From: an uncultured Verrucomicrobia subdivision 3 bacterium
Lineage (GTDB): Bacteria; Verrucomicrobiota; Verrucomicrobiia; Limisphaerales; UBA11358
Reading direction: 5' to 3'
Length of the DNA stretch: 64,000 nucleotides
Assembly: GCA_903865745.1 (NCBI GenBank)
Contig: CAIPKV010000001.1
Location: 41,992-105,991, forward strand
Below are positions 19,554 through 31,034 of this stretch, one piece after another. The first letter of the stretch is position 1. Each line of letters opens with the position of its first letter. The notes below the pieces were generated by a model. That model had not been told where the DNA came from. It did no database searches and saw only the letters and a list, made by a program, of their open reading frames with translations. The position numbers were made by a program, and so were the translations under genes.

Positions 19554-19868
19554 TTATTTGCTTTTGAGTCCATCGCGGAACGCGATGGATTCAAGTTCGA
19601 CGCGAACGGCATCCGCGATGGGAATGACCGGGCGCGCTTCAAATACAAACGCCGGCAGTAGCGAACAGAACTTGTGGACGGCCGCTGGTTCATCGCAATC
19701 CACCATCATATAGCCGCCCCAATCACCCACGCGGATGACGAATAACTCGATCTTGAAATTAGCCGGCGCCTGCCATTGGGTGAACACTTCCAGAATCCGC
19801 TTCTGAGCATTCTCGTATTCAATGGGTGAGCCTTGCGGACGTTCGGACCAGGTGAGCATGTATTTCAT
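19554..19868 (-). CDS. Small conserved hypothetical protein (possibly DUF3303-like)
   Basis: 104 aa: MKYMLTWSERPQGSPIEYENAQKRILEVFTQWQAP. It has a clean ORF and natural composition; the family assignment is tentative. Confidence 0.45.
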   Translation of the reverse strand: MKYMLTWSERPQGSPIEYENAQKRILEVFTQWQAPANFKIELFVIRVGDWGGYMMVDCDEPAAVHKFCSLLPAFVFEARPVIPIADAVRVELESIAFRDGLKSK

Positions 19869-20027
19869 AGGTGGTTTAATTTTTAGGTTGGTTTGATGTT
19901 AACGAAAAAGATTTTAGGGTCTGAACGGTATCGAGTCATGCCTTTCTTACCATCCGAACTGCGCCAAAATTGATTGTCGCGGGCAACTGTCGGACCCCAT
20001 GGCTTAAAATCACGATATTAGCTAGGG

Positions 20028-20240
20028 TTAAAATGACGGGTTACCACCGGCAAAAGCGTAAATTGAGGCCAGCGATAGCCACCCTAAAAAATAACCCGTC
20101 TGCTGCACCGGCGTCAGGTCGTCCATCGGCGATGCCTGCTTCTTTTCCAGACCTGTGGTCCAGTCAACCACGGCATATGAGTCATTGCCTGGCGAGGCAC
20201 ACCCAGGAAAAATCCCAACAGAAGTGACCAACAAAGCCAT
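20028..20240 (-). CDS. Possible small lipoprotein
   Basis: Internal Met of the 20028..20444 ORF gives MALLVTSVGIFPGCASPGND, with a lipobox. The upstream part of the tracked ORF looks non-coding. Confidence 0.3.
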   Translation of the reverse strand: MALLVTSVGIFPGCASPGNDSYAVVDWTTGLEKKQASPMDDLTPVQQTGYFLGWLSLASIYAFAGGNPSF

Positions 20241-20471
20241 CAAAAATACTTTTCGGTAAGTTTTTACATCGGCATTAATTTTATATGGCTTCACAGGCCA
20301 AACATAAACAAGTGACCGACAGAGGCAATTGTCATACGCTAATTCATCGGAGGTCACGCCCTCTCGCTCTTTCTGCGAATCCCCACTCTGGCATTCCTTG
20401 TGACCCAATCTGCCAGTTTCCCAGCCGGTTCCTTTGCCTTCCATAAGCTTTCTGAAAGCTTTGAGAACATA

Positions 20472-20681
20472 TCCCTAGTCTTCGGGAACTATTCCCTAAC
20501 CTTCCGGAACAATTCCCTAGTCTTTGGGAAAGATTCCGGAGGGTTCCGGAAAGATTATCTAGTCCTTGAGAATGTTTCCGGAGTCCTTGGGAACTTTTCC
20601 CAAGCCTTCCAGAACTTTTCCCTAACCTTTGGGAAAGATTATCAAAGGTTAGGGAATAATTCCCAAACCTTACGGTTTGGC
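20472..20681. repeat. Ten tandem 21-bp units, each carrying a TTCCC-N8-GGGAA-type palindrome
   Basis: Units start at 20472, 20493, 20514, 20535, 20556, 20577, 20598, 20619, 20640 and 20661, an exact 21-bp phase. Examples: TCCCTAGTCTTCGGGAACTAT, TCCCTAACCTTCCGGAACAAT, TCCCTAGTCTTTGGGAAAGAT. A 17-bp palindrome, AAGCTTTCTGAAAGCTT, precedes the array at 20446-20462. Confidence 0.85.
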
Positions 20682-20774
20682 CGCCGATTCCTGTTTAATA
20701 TATTATAAAACAACGGCTTACATAATTAAAGTCACCCCGCTACCGAAATCTGATTGGATCACAACCAATAAAGT

Positions 20775-20991
20775 ATGCCACATGATAATTTACCTCCGAA
20801 TGAACTGGGTTTTCCAAAACCGGTGGGTTTGTCCGCCCGCTACGTCAAACCCCACGCCACCGCCAGCGGGCCGGCAACGGATGATTTCGCGCCTTTGACT
20901 AAAATTGATCACCCCTTATTTCATGAGCTAGTCTGGCGGCTGCACTGGGGTAAGTTGGCAAAAAAACTGCTTATTGTTTCATTGATGTGGC

Positions 20992-20999
<8 letters not shown>
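20775..20999 (+). CDS. Hypothetical small protein
   Basis: 74-aa ORF whose stop overlaps the next ATG (ATGGATGA). There is no recognisable family, so support is weak. Confidence 0.25.
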
Positions 21000-23222
<2,223 letters not shown>

Positions 23223-23402
23223 TTATTCGGACTTAACAATAATTAACTGAACGGTAAAAATACTTCTGGTCCTTATTTGCTAAAAACAGTTTGTATTTTG
23301 CTATCCCCAAAGGCAGCCAAACGGGCGGGCAAATGGATAAATGCGGTGACCGGGTTGAAAATGAATGTTTCTTCCGCCCTCATCTCTGGCTAAATTAGGC
23401 AG

Positions 23403-24143
23403 GTGAAAATTCTTGGCATCATCCCGGCGCGGTTTGCTTCCACACGGTTTCCGGGCAAGCCGCTGGCGCTCATCGCGGGCAAGCCCCTTATCCAGCACGT
23501 TGTCGAGCAATGCGAGCAAGCGAAGTCCCTGTCCGAAGTCATCGTGGCTACGGATGACACGCGCATCTGGGAGGTCGCGCAGAATTTCTGCCGCGTGGAG
23601 ATGACCCGCCCAGAACATCCCAGCGGCTCCGACCGCATCGCGGAAGTCGCCGAACGGATTGCTTGCGACGCCGTGGTGAATATTCAAGGCGACGAACCGT
23701 TGATTGATCCAGCCGTGATTGATGCGGTGGCGAACGCGCTCGCACAAACTGAAATGTCCACGGCGGCAACGCCGATTAAACATTTGGCGGAGCTGGACAA
23801 TCCGAATGTTGTAAAAGTCGTTGTCAACGCCGCTGGTCGCGCGCTATATTTTTCGCGGCGCACGATTCCGTATTTGCGCGAGGCCGCCAGCCGTCCAGTG
23901 AATGAGCAGTTGGCGGCGTTTCCTTTTTTGAAGCATCTGGGGATCTACGGTTATCGGCGCGAGACGCTGCTGCGGCTGGTTAAATTCCCGGTATCGCCGC
24001 TGGAAAACGCGGAGAAGCTGGAACAGTTGCGCGCGCTGGAAAACGGCATTGGCATTGCGGTCACGCAAGTGGCTTACGATAGCATCGGCGTAGATCTGCC
24101 GGAAGATGTGGCGCGAGTGGAAAAGGTTTTGAACCACGGATGA
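23403..24143 (+). CDS. kdsB: 3-deoxy-manno-octulosonate cytidylyltransferase
   Basis: GIIPARFASTRFPGKPLALIAGKPLIQHV...VNIQGDEPLI...LEQLRALENG. GTG start. Confidence 0.95.
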   Translation: MKILGIIPARFASTRFPGKPLALIAGKPLIQHVVEQCEQAKSLSEVIVATDDTRIWEVAQNFCRVEMTRPEHPSGSDRIAEVAERIACDAVVNIQGDEPLIDPAVIDAVANALAQTEMSTAATPIKHLAELDNPNVVKVVVNAAGRALYFSRRTIPYLREAASRPVNEQLAAFPFLKHLGIYGYRRETLLRLVKFPVSPLENAEKLEQLRALENGIGIAVTQVAYDSIGVDLPEDVARVEKVLNHG

Positions 24144-24289
24144 ACACAGATGAACACGGATTTTTGCAATGAAGTTCAACATACAACCCGAGAGCGTAAT
24201 TCCATCGAATAACGTATTTGGGAAGGCCTTAACGCAAATAGTTGATTGTTGAAATATGTATCTGTGTTAATCCGTGTCCATCCGTGGTT
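24132..24289. repeat. Intergenic pair of inverted tandem-oligomer arms (CCACGG-ATGAACAC type)
   Basis: AACCACGGATGAACACAGATGAACACGGAT (overlapping the kdsB stop) ... about 95 bp ... ATCTGTGTTAATCCGTGTCCATCCGTGGTT. About 25 of 30 positions are complementary. Confidence 0.65.
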
Positions 24290-24303
24290 AAAATTAATTT
24301 AAG

Positions 24304-25926
24304 ATGAAATTCATATTCGTAACTGGTGGGGTGGTGAGTTCGCTCGGCAAAGGTTTGACCGCGGCCGCGCTCGGCACGTTGCTCGAAAACCGCGGCCTCA
24401 AGGTCGCACTGCAAAAGTTCGACCCCTACCTCAACGTCGATCCCGGCACGATGTCGCCGTATCAACACGGCGAGGTGTATGTGCTCGACGACGGCGCAGA
24501 AACGGATTTGGATCTCGGCCATTACGAACGGTTCACCAGCACCAAACTCTCGCGGATGAATAATCTGACGAGCGGCCAGGTCTATCAGACTGTGCTGAAC
24601 AACGAGCGCGAAGGCAAATACCTCGGCAAGACGGTACAGGTCATCCCGCACGTCACCGACGAAATCAAACGCCGCATTGAATTGCTCGCAGAAACCAGCA
24701 AGGCCGATGTGATTATCACTGAGATTGGCGGCACGACCGGGGATATTGAGGGCTTGCCGTTCGTCGAGGCCATCCGCGAATTTGCGCTGGAAGCGGGCGT
24801 TGGCAATACCTGTTTCATTCACGTCACCTATGTACCGTTCATCAAGGCGGCGGGCGAGTTGAAGACGAAGCCCACGCAGCAATCGGTCGCGAAGCTGCGC
24901 GAAATCGGGATTACGCCGCACATCATTGCGTGCCGCTGCGAGAAGCCGCTCGACAAGGAATTGCGCCAAAAGATTTCCATGTTCTGCAACGTCCCGCTCG
25001 AAGCCGTCATTGAGGCAAAGGACGTGGACCATTCCATTTATGAGATGCCGCTGATGCTGCAACGCGAGCGCATGGACGATCTGGTTTGCCGCCTGCTGCA
25101 TCTCACTACGCCGGCCCCGAACATGGCGCATTGGCAGGAGATTATCCGCAAGCTTATCGCGCCGCAGCATCGCGTGCGCGTCGGCGTCGTCGGCAAATAC
25201 ATCGGCCTGCAAGACGCCTACAAATCGGTTTATGAAGCAATCATCCACGGCGGCGTTGCGAACGATTGCGGCGTGGAAATTGTGCAGGTGGATGCGGAGG
25301 AAATTGAGAAGCACGGCGCGGCCAAAGTGTTGAGAGGTCTCGGCGGCATCCTCGTGCCAGGCGGTTTCGGCGAGCGCGGCATCGAGGGTAAAATCCTCGC
25401 GGCCAAATATGCCCGCGAAAATAAGGTTCCTTATTTTGGTCTCTGTTTGGGCATGCAGATTGCCACCATCGAGTATGCGCGCAATGTGATGAAGCTAGAA
25501 AAGGCGCACTCAACGGAATTTAACCCCGACACGCCGCATCCGGTCATCGCCCTGCTCGATGCCCAGAAAAAAGTGACCAAGAAAGGCGGCACCATGCGGC
25601 TGGGTGCGATGCCCTGCCAGCTGGTCCTCGGCACGAAGGCGGCGACACTTTACGGTTCGTTTGTGATTCAGGAGCGGCACCGCCATCGCTACGAGTTCAA
25701 CAATTCTTACCGCGAGAAATTCGAGAAGGCCGGCTTTGTATTCAGCGGCACATCGCCGGACGGCAAACTCGTCGAGGTCATCGAACTCAAAGATCATCCG
25801 TTTTATGTGGCGAGCCAGTTTCATCCGGAATTTTTGAGCAAGCCGCACCAGCCGCATCCGCTGTTCAAAGGATTCATCGCCGCTGCGCACGAGCAGATTC
25901 ATCACAAGCCGCTCTATTCGATTTAG
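24304..25926 (+). CDS. pyrG: CTP synthase
   Basis: [17 protein letters not shown]...GLCLGMQ (amidotransferase Cys)...HRHRYEFN. Confidence 0.97.
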   Translation: MKFIFVTGGVVSSLGKGLTAAALGTLLENRGLKVALQKFDPYLNVDPGTMSPYQHGEVYVLDDGAETDLDLGHYERFTSTKLSRMNNLTSGQVYQTVLNNEREGKYLGKTVQVIPHVTDEIKRRIELLAETSKADVIITEIGGTTGDIEGLPFVEAIREFALEAGVGNTCFIHVTYVPFIKAAGELKTKPTQQSVAKLREIGITPHIIACRCEKPLDKELRQKISMFCNVPLEAVIEAKDVDHSIYEMPLMLQRERMDDLVCRLLHLTTPAPNMAHWQEIIRKLIAPQHRVRVGVVGKYIGLQDAYKSVYEAIIHGGVANDCGVEIVQVDAEEIEKHGAAKVLRGLGGILVPGGFGERGIEGKILAAKYARENKVPYFGLCLGMQIATIEYARNVMKLEKAHSTEFNPDTPHPVIALLDAQKKVTKKGGTMRLGAMPCQLVLGTKAATLYGSFVIQERHRHRYEFNNSYREKFEKAGFVFSGTSPDGKLVEVIELKDHPFYVASQFHPEFLSKPHQPHPLFKGFIAAAHEQIHHKPLYSI

Positions 25927-25929
25927 CGG

Positions 25930-27213
25930 GTGATGAGCTACGCCGAAGCCATCCAATTTCTTTACGACCTGCAACTATTCGGTACGCACTTCGGGCTGGA
26001 ACGCGTTCAAAAACTCGCTGGGCTAGCCGGCAATCCGCAACACAAGCTCCGCTTCATCCACGTCGCTGGCACGAACGGCAAAGGCTCGACGTGCGCGATG
26101 CTCGAAAGCCTTTATCGCGCAGCCGGCTTGCGCGTGGGACTGTTCACTTCACCGCATCTAGTTTCATTCCGCGAGCGGATTCAAGTTAACCGGCACCTGA
26201 TACCAGAAAGAGATCTCGTTAGACTGGTCGAAGAAATTCAGCCGCTGCTCAAACTGTTTCCAGCGGACAACCACCTGACGCTGTTTGAAGTCGTGACGGT
26301 GCTGGCGCTGAAATATTTTGCGGAACAAAAGTGCGACCTCGTGATTTGGGAAACCGGCCTTGGTGGACGGCTCGACGCCACGAATATCGTCACGCCGCTG
26401 GCTAGCGTGATTACCAACATCGCTTTCGACCACCAACAGTTGCTCGGCGACACGCTGGCAAAAATCGCAACGGAAAAGGCCGGCATCATCAAGCATGGCG
26501 TGCCCGTCATAACAGCGGAAGATAAACCAGAAGCGCTGGCAGTGATTCAACAAACGGCACTTAACAATAATTCGTCACTAACCCTCGTTTCCCAGCTTCC
26601 AACTCCCAACATCCAACTTCCCATTTCACTACTGGGCGAACATCAAAAGAACAACGCCGCACTTGCGTTGGCTACAGTTGAAGTATTGCAGCCATTGATT
26701 CCCATATCTGCTGAAATTATCAACTCCGGTTTGGCGACAGTGAATTGGCCGGGACGGTTGCAGGTAATAAATAAACCCGGTGGCGGAAAAATCCTGCTCG
26801 ATGGCGCGCACAATATCGCGGGCGCCGAAACCCTGCGAGCGGCGCTCGAAAAACAATTTGCGACTGACCGACCGCTGCTCATCTTCGGCACCTTGGCTGA
26901 CAAAGATTGGTCGGACATCTGCCAGATGCTCGCACCGCTGGCGGCAAAGATTTTCACCGTGCCGGTCGCCAGCGGGCGCACCGCAGATGCGCGTGCGCTC
27001 GCCGAGATGTTTAATTCAACGCACCCGGCAGCCCAGGCGCGGGCATTTGAAAACTTAGCCGCCGCTCTAAACGCCAGTAAAGACGAGCTATTCGTCGTCA
27101 TCACCGGCTCGCTCTATCTCGTCGGCGAGGCGCTGGAGCAGCTCGGGTTGGCACCAACAGACGCTAACGAGCGCGGCTTAAACGAGTGGTTGACGCCCAA
27201 AACTCTTCTATAA
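25930..27213 (+). CDS. folC: Folylpolyglutamate synthase / dihydrofolate synthase
   Basis: IHVAGTNGKGST...ETGLGGRLDATN...DGAHN. Confidence 0.9.
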   Translation: MMSYAEAIQFLYDLQLFGTHFGLERVQKLAGLAGNPQHKLRFIHVAGTNGKGSTCAMLESLYRAAGLRVGLFTSPHLVSFRERIQVNRHLIPERDLVRLVEEIQPLLKLFPADNHLTLFEVVTVLALKYFAEQKCDLVIWETGLGGRLDATNIVTPLASVITNIAFDHQQLLGDTLAKIATEKAGIIKHGVPVITAEDKPEALAVIQQTALNNNSSLTLVSQLPTPNIQLPISLLGEHQKNNAALALATVEVLQPLIPISAEIINSGLATVNWPGRLQVINKPGGGKILLDGAHNIAGAETLRAALEKQFATDRPLLIFGTLADKDWSDICQMLAPLAAKIFTVPVASGRTADARALAEMFNSTHPAAQARAFENLAAALNASKDELFVVITGSLYLVGEALEQLGLAPTDANERGLNEWLTPKTLL

Positions 27214-27310
27214 GCTGAAGGCAAGTGATGTCGTAGATGCACTAATAACTTTCCCAAGGCATTCCTGCGCGTTGACGCTGAGCGAAATAGTAATTAGAGT
27301 TAACTCCATT

Positions 27311-28150
27311 ATGGCTTACGCTGACACCCTACCGAAGCAACGCGGCTTCGGCGAAACCACCCGACCCGACGCTTGGTGGCTCCAACCACTCGCCGTTTTT
27401 CTTGGATTCTCCGCCTTTGTCATCTACTCAACTTGGGCGGCGTTCCAGGGCTTGGGCGACATGAAGACCGGCATTCCGAGCTACTGGTACGGCGGCAATG
27501 GCGCGAATTATCTTTCACCGTTCTACTCGCCGGAATTTTGGGGTGTGTCCCCGCATGCCATTGGCAAACTACCATCGTGGTGGCCGAGCTGGGCGCCCTT
27601 CTCCCCGGCGTTTTTAATTTTGTGGATACCGGCCGGCTTCCGGTTCACCTGCTATTATTATCGCGGCGCCTATTACAAAGCCTTTTGGGCCGACCCCATC
27701 AACTGCGCCGTCGGCGAACCGCGCAAGTCATATTTGGGAGAAAAATACTTCCCGCTGATTATTCAAAACGTTCATCGTTATATGTTTTATTTGGCGGCGT
27801 TGTTCATCGTTTTGCTCTCGTATGACGCGTGGCTGGGAATGTGGTTTACCGATGCCACCGGCAAACAACACTTTGGCGTAGGTATCGGCACCATTATAAT
27901 GACGCTGAACGCGGTCTTCCTGGCGATGTACACGTTTGGCTGCCACTCGCTACGGCATTTAATTGGCGGCTTCCTAGATTCCAAGTCCAAAGCGCCAAAC
28001 TGCGCCAAAGCTTACAAATGCGTCACCTGCCTCAACACGAACCACATGAAGTGGGCGTGGGTCAGTTTGTTTTGGGTTGGTTTCACGGATGTCTATATCC
28101 GTTTGTGCGCGACGCATCACCTAACCGACGTCGTTTTATTTAAATTCTAA
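27311..28150 (+). CDS. Putative membrane anchor / cytochrome b subunit of succinate dehydrogenase-fumarate reductase
   Basis: Polytopic membrane protein with conserved His residues, immediately upstream of sdhA and sdhB. The tracked ORF begins at TTG 27272; the ATG at 27311 gives MAYADTLPK. The call rests on context and hydrophobicity only. Confidence 0.6.
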   Translation: MAYADTLPKQRGFGETTRPDAWWLQPLAVFLGFSAFVIYSTWAAFQGLGDMKTGIPSYWYGGNGANYLSPFYSPEFWGVSPHAIGKLPSWWPSWAPFSPAFLILWIPAGFRFTCYYYRGAYYKAFWADPINCAVGEPRKSYLGEKYFPLIIQNVHRYMFYLAALFIVLLSYDAWLGMWFTDATGKQHFGVGIGTIIMTLNAVFLAMYTFGCHSLRHLIGGFLDSKSKAPNCAKAYKCVTCLNTNHMKWAWVSLFWVGFTDVYIRLCATHHLTDVVLFKF

Positions 28151-28173
28151 ACTCCGAACCGGAACTATTTATT

Positions 28174-30000
28174 GTGGCTACTAACTACGAAACTCACGAA
28201 TTCGACGTGCTGGTGATTGGCGCGGGCGGCGCGGGCCTGCGCGCGGCGATTGAAGCATCGGCGGCCGGCGTTAAAGTCGGCTTGATTTGCAAATCCCTTT
28301 TGGGCAAGGCACACACCGTCATGGCCGAGGGCGGCATGGCAGCGGCGATGGGCAATGTGGACGACCGCGACAGTTGGAAGGTACATTTTGCCGATACGAT
28401 GCGCGGTGGCCAATACGTTAACAACTGGCGCATGGCTGAACTCCACGCCAAGGAAGCTCCCTCGCGCGTTCACGAACTGGAAGCGTGGGGCGCGGTGTTT
28501 GATCGCACGAAGGAAGGCAAGATTTCCCAGCGCAACTTCGGTGGTCACCGTTATCCGCGCTTGGCACACGTGGGCGATCGCACGGGTTTGGAGCTGATTC
28601 GTACGCTGCAAGATCACGGCATTCATCAGGGCATCACCGTTTTCATGGAATACACCATTGTCTCGCTATTGAAAGATGGCGAGCGCGTGGTGGGCGCGTT
28701 TGGTTATGACCGTGAGCGCGGACGTTTCCGGATTTTCAAGGCCAAGGCGGTGATTGTTTGCACCGGCGGCTTGGGTCGCGCATATGCCGTCACAAGTAAT
28801 TCCTGGGAAGGTACAGGCGATGGCGTTTCCCTCGCGTATCACGCGGGCGCCGAATTGCTGGACATGGAATTCATTCAGTTCCATCCCACCGGCATGATTT
28901 GGCCGCCCAGTGTGAAAGGTATTTTGGTAACGGAAAGCGTGCGTGGCGAAGGTGGCGTTTTGCGCAACAAAGACGGCAAGCGCTTCATGTACGACGACAT
29001 TCCGGATAATTACAAGTCACAGACTTCGATGGACCCCGAAGAGGGCTGGCGCTACACGCAGAATGATAAGAATGCGAAACGGCCGCCGGAACTCCTAACG
29101 CGCGATCACGTTGCCCGTTGCATCAATCGTGAAGTCAAAGCCGGCCGCGGCAGCCCGCACGGCGGTGTGTTTCTGGATATTTCCTGGATCAAGGAAAAGA
29201 TTCCGAACTCGGCTGAGCACATCAAGCGCAAGCTGCCTTCGATGTATCATCAATTCATGCAACTCGCGAATCTCGACATCACAAAAGAGCCGATGGAAAT
29301 TGGCCCGACTACGCATTACGCGATGGGCGGCATCCGCGTGAATGGCGACACTCAGGCGACGAACGTTCCCGGATTGTTTGCGGCCGGTGAATGCGCTGCG
29401 GGTTTGCACGGTGCGAACCGCTTGGGTGGCAATTCACTTTCCGACCTCATCGTCTTTGGCAAGCGCGCGGGCGAATATGCCGCGAAGTATGCGAAAGAAA
29501 ACCCTGCGGGCACCATCAACGACGCGCAGATTGAAGCGGCTTACCGCGAAGCCATGGAGCCGTTCGAACGTCCCGCTGGCACCGGCAGCGAAGGGCCGTA
29601 CCATGTGCAAACTGATTTGCAGAACATGATGCAGGCTAACGTCGGCATCGTGCGCCTCCAGAACGAAATGGAATTTGCCCTCGACGGCATCCAGAAGCTT
29701 AAGGCGCGCGCCGCGAAAGTCGCGGTGCAAGGCCACTTGGAATACAATCCCGGCTGGCATACCTCCATTGATTTGAAACATCTGCTCACCGTTTCCGAAG
29801 CCATCACGCTGTGCTCCCTTGATCGCAAGGAAAGCCGCGGTGGTCATTTCCGCGAAGATTACCCGGATAAGGATCCCGAGGCGCAGAAATATAATGCCGT
29901 CATTTCCAAGGCCGCCGATGGCTCCATGAAACTGCGGCGCGAACCGATTCCGGCCATCCGGGACGATTTGAAACAAGTCATCGAGGAGATGAAGAACTAA
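28174..30000 (+). CDS. sdhA: Succinate dehydrogenase/fumarate reductase flavoprotein subunit
   Basis: FDVLVIGAGGAGLRAA...HTVMAEGG (FAD His)...HPTG...HYAMGG...GANRLGGNSL. Confidence 0.95.
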   Translation: MATNYETHEFDVLVIGAGGAGLRAAIEASAAGVKVGLICKSLLGKAHTVMAEGGMAAAMGNVDDRDSWKVHFADTMRGGQYVNNWRMAELHAKEAPSRVHELEAWGAVFDRTKEGKISQRNFGGHRYPRLAHVGDRTGLELIRTLQDHGIHQGITVFMEYTIVSLLKDGERVVGAFGYDRERGRFRIFKAKAVIVCTGGLGRAYAVTSNSWEGTGDGVSLAYHAGAELLDMEFIQFHPTGMIWPPSVKGILVTESVRGEGGVLRNKDGKRFMYDDIPDNYKSQTSMDPEEGWRYTQNDKNAKRPPELLTRDHVARCINREVKAGRGSPHGGVFLDISWIKEKIPNSAEHIKRKLPSMYHQFMQLANLDITKEPMEIGPTTHYAMGGIRVNGDTQATNVPGLFAAGECAAGLHGANRLGGNSLSDLIVFGKRAGEYAAKYAKENPAGTINDAQIEAAYREAMEPFERPAGTGSEGPYHVQTDLQNMMQANVGIVRLQNEMEFALDGIQKLKARAAKVAVQGHLEYNPGWHTSIDLKHLLTVSEAITLCSLDRKESRGGHFREDYPDKDPEAQKYNAVISKAADGSMKLRREPIPAIRDDLKQVIEEMKN

Positions 30001-30012
30001 CCCATTTACGCG

Positions 30013-30762
30013 ATGAACAAGCAAGTTACTTTCAAAATCTGGCGGGGCGATGCGACCGGCGGCAAGTTCGTGGATTACACCACGGAAATCACCGAGGGTC
30101 TCGTGGTGCTCGACGTCATCCACAAAATTCAGAAGGAACAGGCCAACGACCTCGCCGTGCGCTGGAATTGCAAGGCGGGTAAATGCGGATCCTGCTCGGC
30201 GGAAGTCAATGGCATGCCCAAGCTCATGTGCATGACGCGCATGGATACGCTCGACATATCCAAGCCCATTTCCATCGAGCCGATGCGCGCGTTCCCCAGC
30301 ATTCGCGACCTCGCTACCGATGTGTCGTGGAATTTCCGCGTCAAGACGAAGATTAAAAAGTTCAATCCCCGCAAGCCCGATGCCGAGGACGGCACCTGGC
30401 GCATGCAGCAGGAAGACGTGGACCGCGTACAGGAATTCCGCAAGTGCATCGAATGCTTTCTCTGCCAGGACGTCTGCCACGTGTTGCGCGACCATCACAA
30501 GCACGAGGAATTCATTGGACCGCGCTTCCTCGTTTACACGGCCGCGCTCGAGATGCATCCGCTCGATACCGAGAACCGTTTGGCCGAGCTCAAGCAGGCG
30601 CAAGGTATCGGCTTCTGCAACATCACCAAGTGCTGCACCAAGGTTTGCCCTGAACACATCACCATCACCGACAACGCGATTATTCCCTTGAAAGAGCGCG
30701 TCGTGGATGAATTCTACGATCCGTTTGGCTGGCTCTGGAAAAAGATTCGCCCACAAGGCTGA
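30013..30762 (+). CDS. sdhB: Succinate dehydrogenase/fumarate reductase iron-sulfur subunit
   Basis: CKAGKCGSCSAEVNG (2Fe-2S), CIECFLCQDVC and CNITKCCTKVCP clusters. Confidence 0.95.
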   Translation: MNKQVTFKIWRGDATGGKFVDYTTEITEGLVVLDVIHKIQKEQANDLAVRWNCKAGKCGSCSAEVNGMPKLMCMTRMDTLDISKPISIEPMRAFPSIRDLATDVSWNFRVKTKIKKFNPRKPDAEDGTWRMQQEDVDRVQEFRKCIECFLCQDVCHVLRDHHKHEEFIGPRFLVYTAALEMHPLDTENRLAELKQAQGIGFCNITKCCTKVCPEHITITDNAIIPLKERVVDEFYDPFGWLWKKIRPQG

Positions 30763-30783
30763 TCCGATATTTACAATATCAAA

Positions 30784-30812
30784 CCCACGGTTCCCGCCGT
30801 GGGGTTTTTGTT
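30784..30812 (+). terminator. Rho-independent terminator of the sdh operon
   Basis: CCCACGG-TTCCCG-CCGTGGG stem-loop followed by GTTTTTGTTT. Confidence 0.75.
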
Positions 30813-30866
30813 TCTACCCAAGAAGCATCAAAACGCCCAAAGATTTTGCGGGAATTGGCTGGGGAT

Positions 30867-30942
30867 TGGTGGGCCTGCTCGGACTTGAACCGAGAACCAA
30901 AGGATTATGAGTCCTCTGCTCTAACCATTGAGCTACAGGCCC
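30867..30942 (-). tRNA. tRNA with CAT anticodon (Met; a lysidine-modified Ile2 cannot be excluded), CCA encoded
   Basis: The minus strand reads GGGCCTGTAGCTCAATGGTTAGAGCAGAGGACTCATAATCCTTTGGTTCTCGGTTCAAGTCCGAGCAGGCCCACCA. It has a cloverleaf with a 7-bp acceptor stem, D-loop AGCTCAATGGTTAGAGC, anticodon loop CTCATAA and T-arm GGTTCAAGTCC. Confidence 0.9.
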
Positions 30943-31034
30943 ATCACATTGCAAATAAAGGGCTTAGAGAGTTTCCAAACCCTTTGTTTTTAAGATTGTA
31001 TCCCGCAATTGCATCCCGTAGGTTGTTGGCGCTT

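Noticed and set aside
20400-20708. 102-aa ORF with heptad repeats as an ordinary CDS
   Set aside because: The ORF exists because the 21-bp DNA repeat happens to be open in one frame. The units are internally palindromic, which points to selection at the DNA level. It is kept as an alternative hypothesis in the findings.
24229-25314. 361-aa minus-strand ORF
   Set aside because: It is antisense to pyrG.
29434-30756. 440-aa minus-strand ORF
   Set aside because: It is antisense to sdhA and sdhB.
31009-31018. 10-nt match TTGCATCCCG at 31009-31018 and 46590-46599 as candidate attL/attR
   Set aside because: A 10-mer match between a ~90-bp and a ~20-kb region is expected by chance about once. The flanks diverge immediately.
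30846-31034. 5' extension of the integrase ORF
   Set aside because: It overlaps the tRNA gene on the opposite strand. The ATG at 31035 gives a normal-length integrase.
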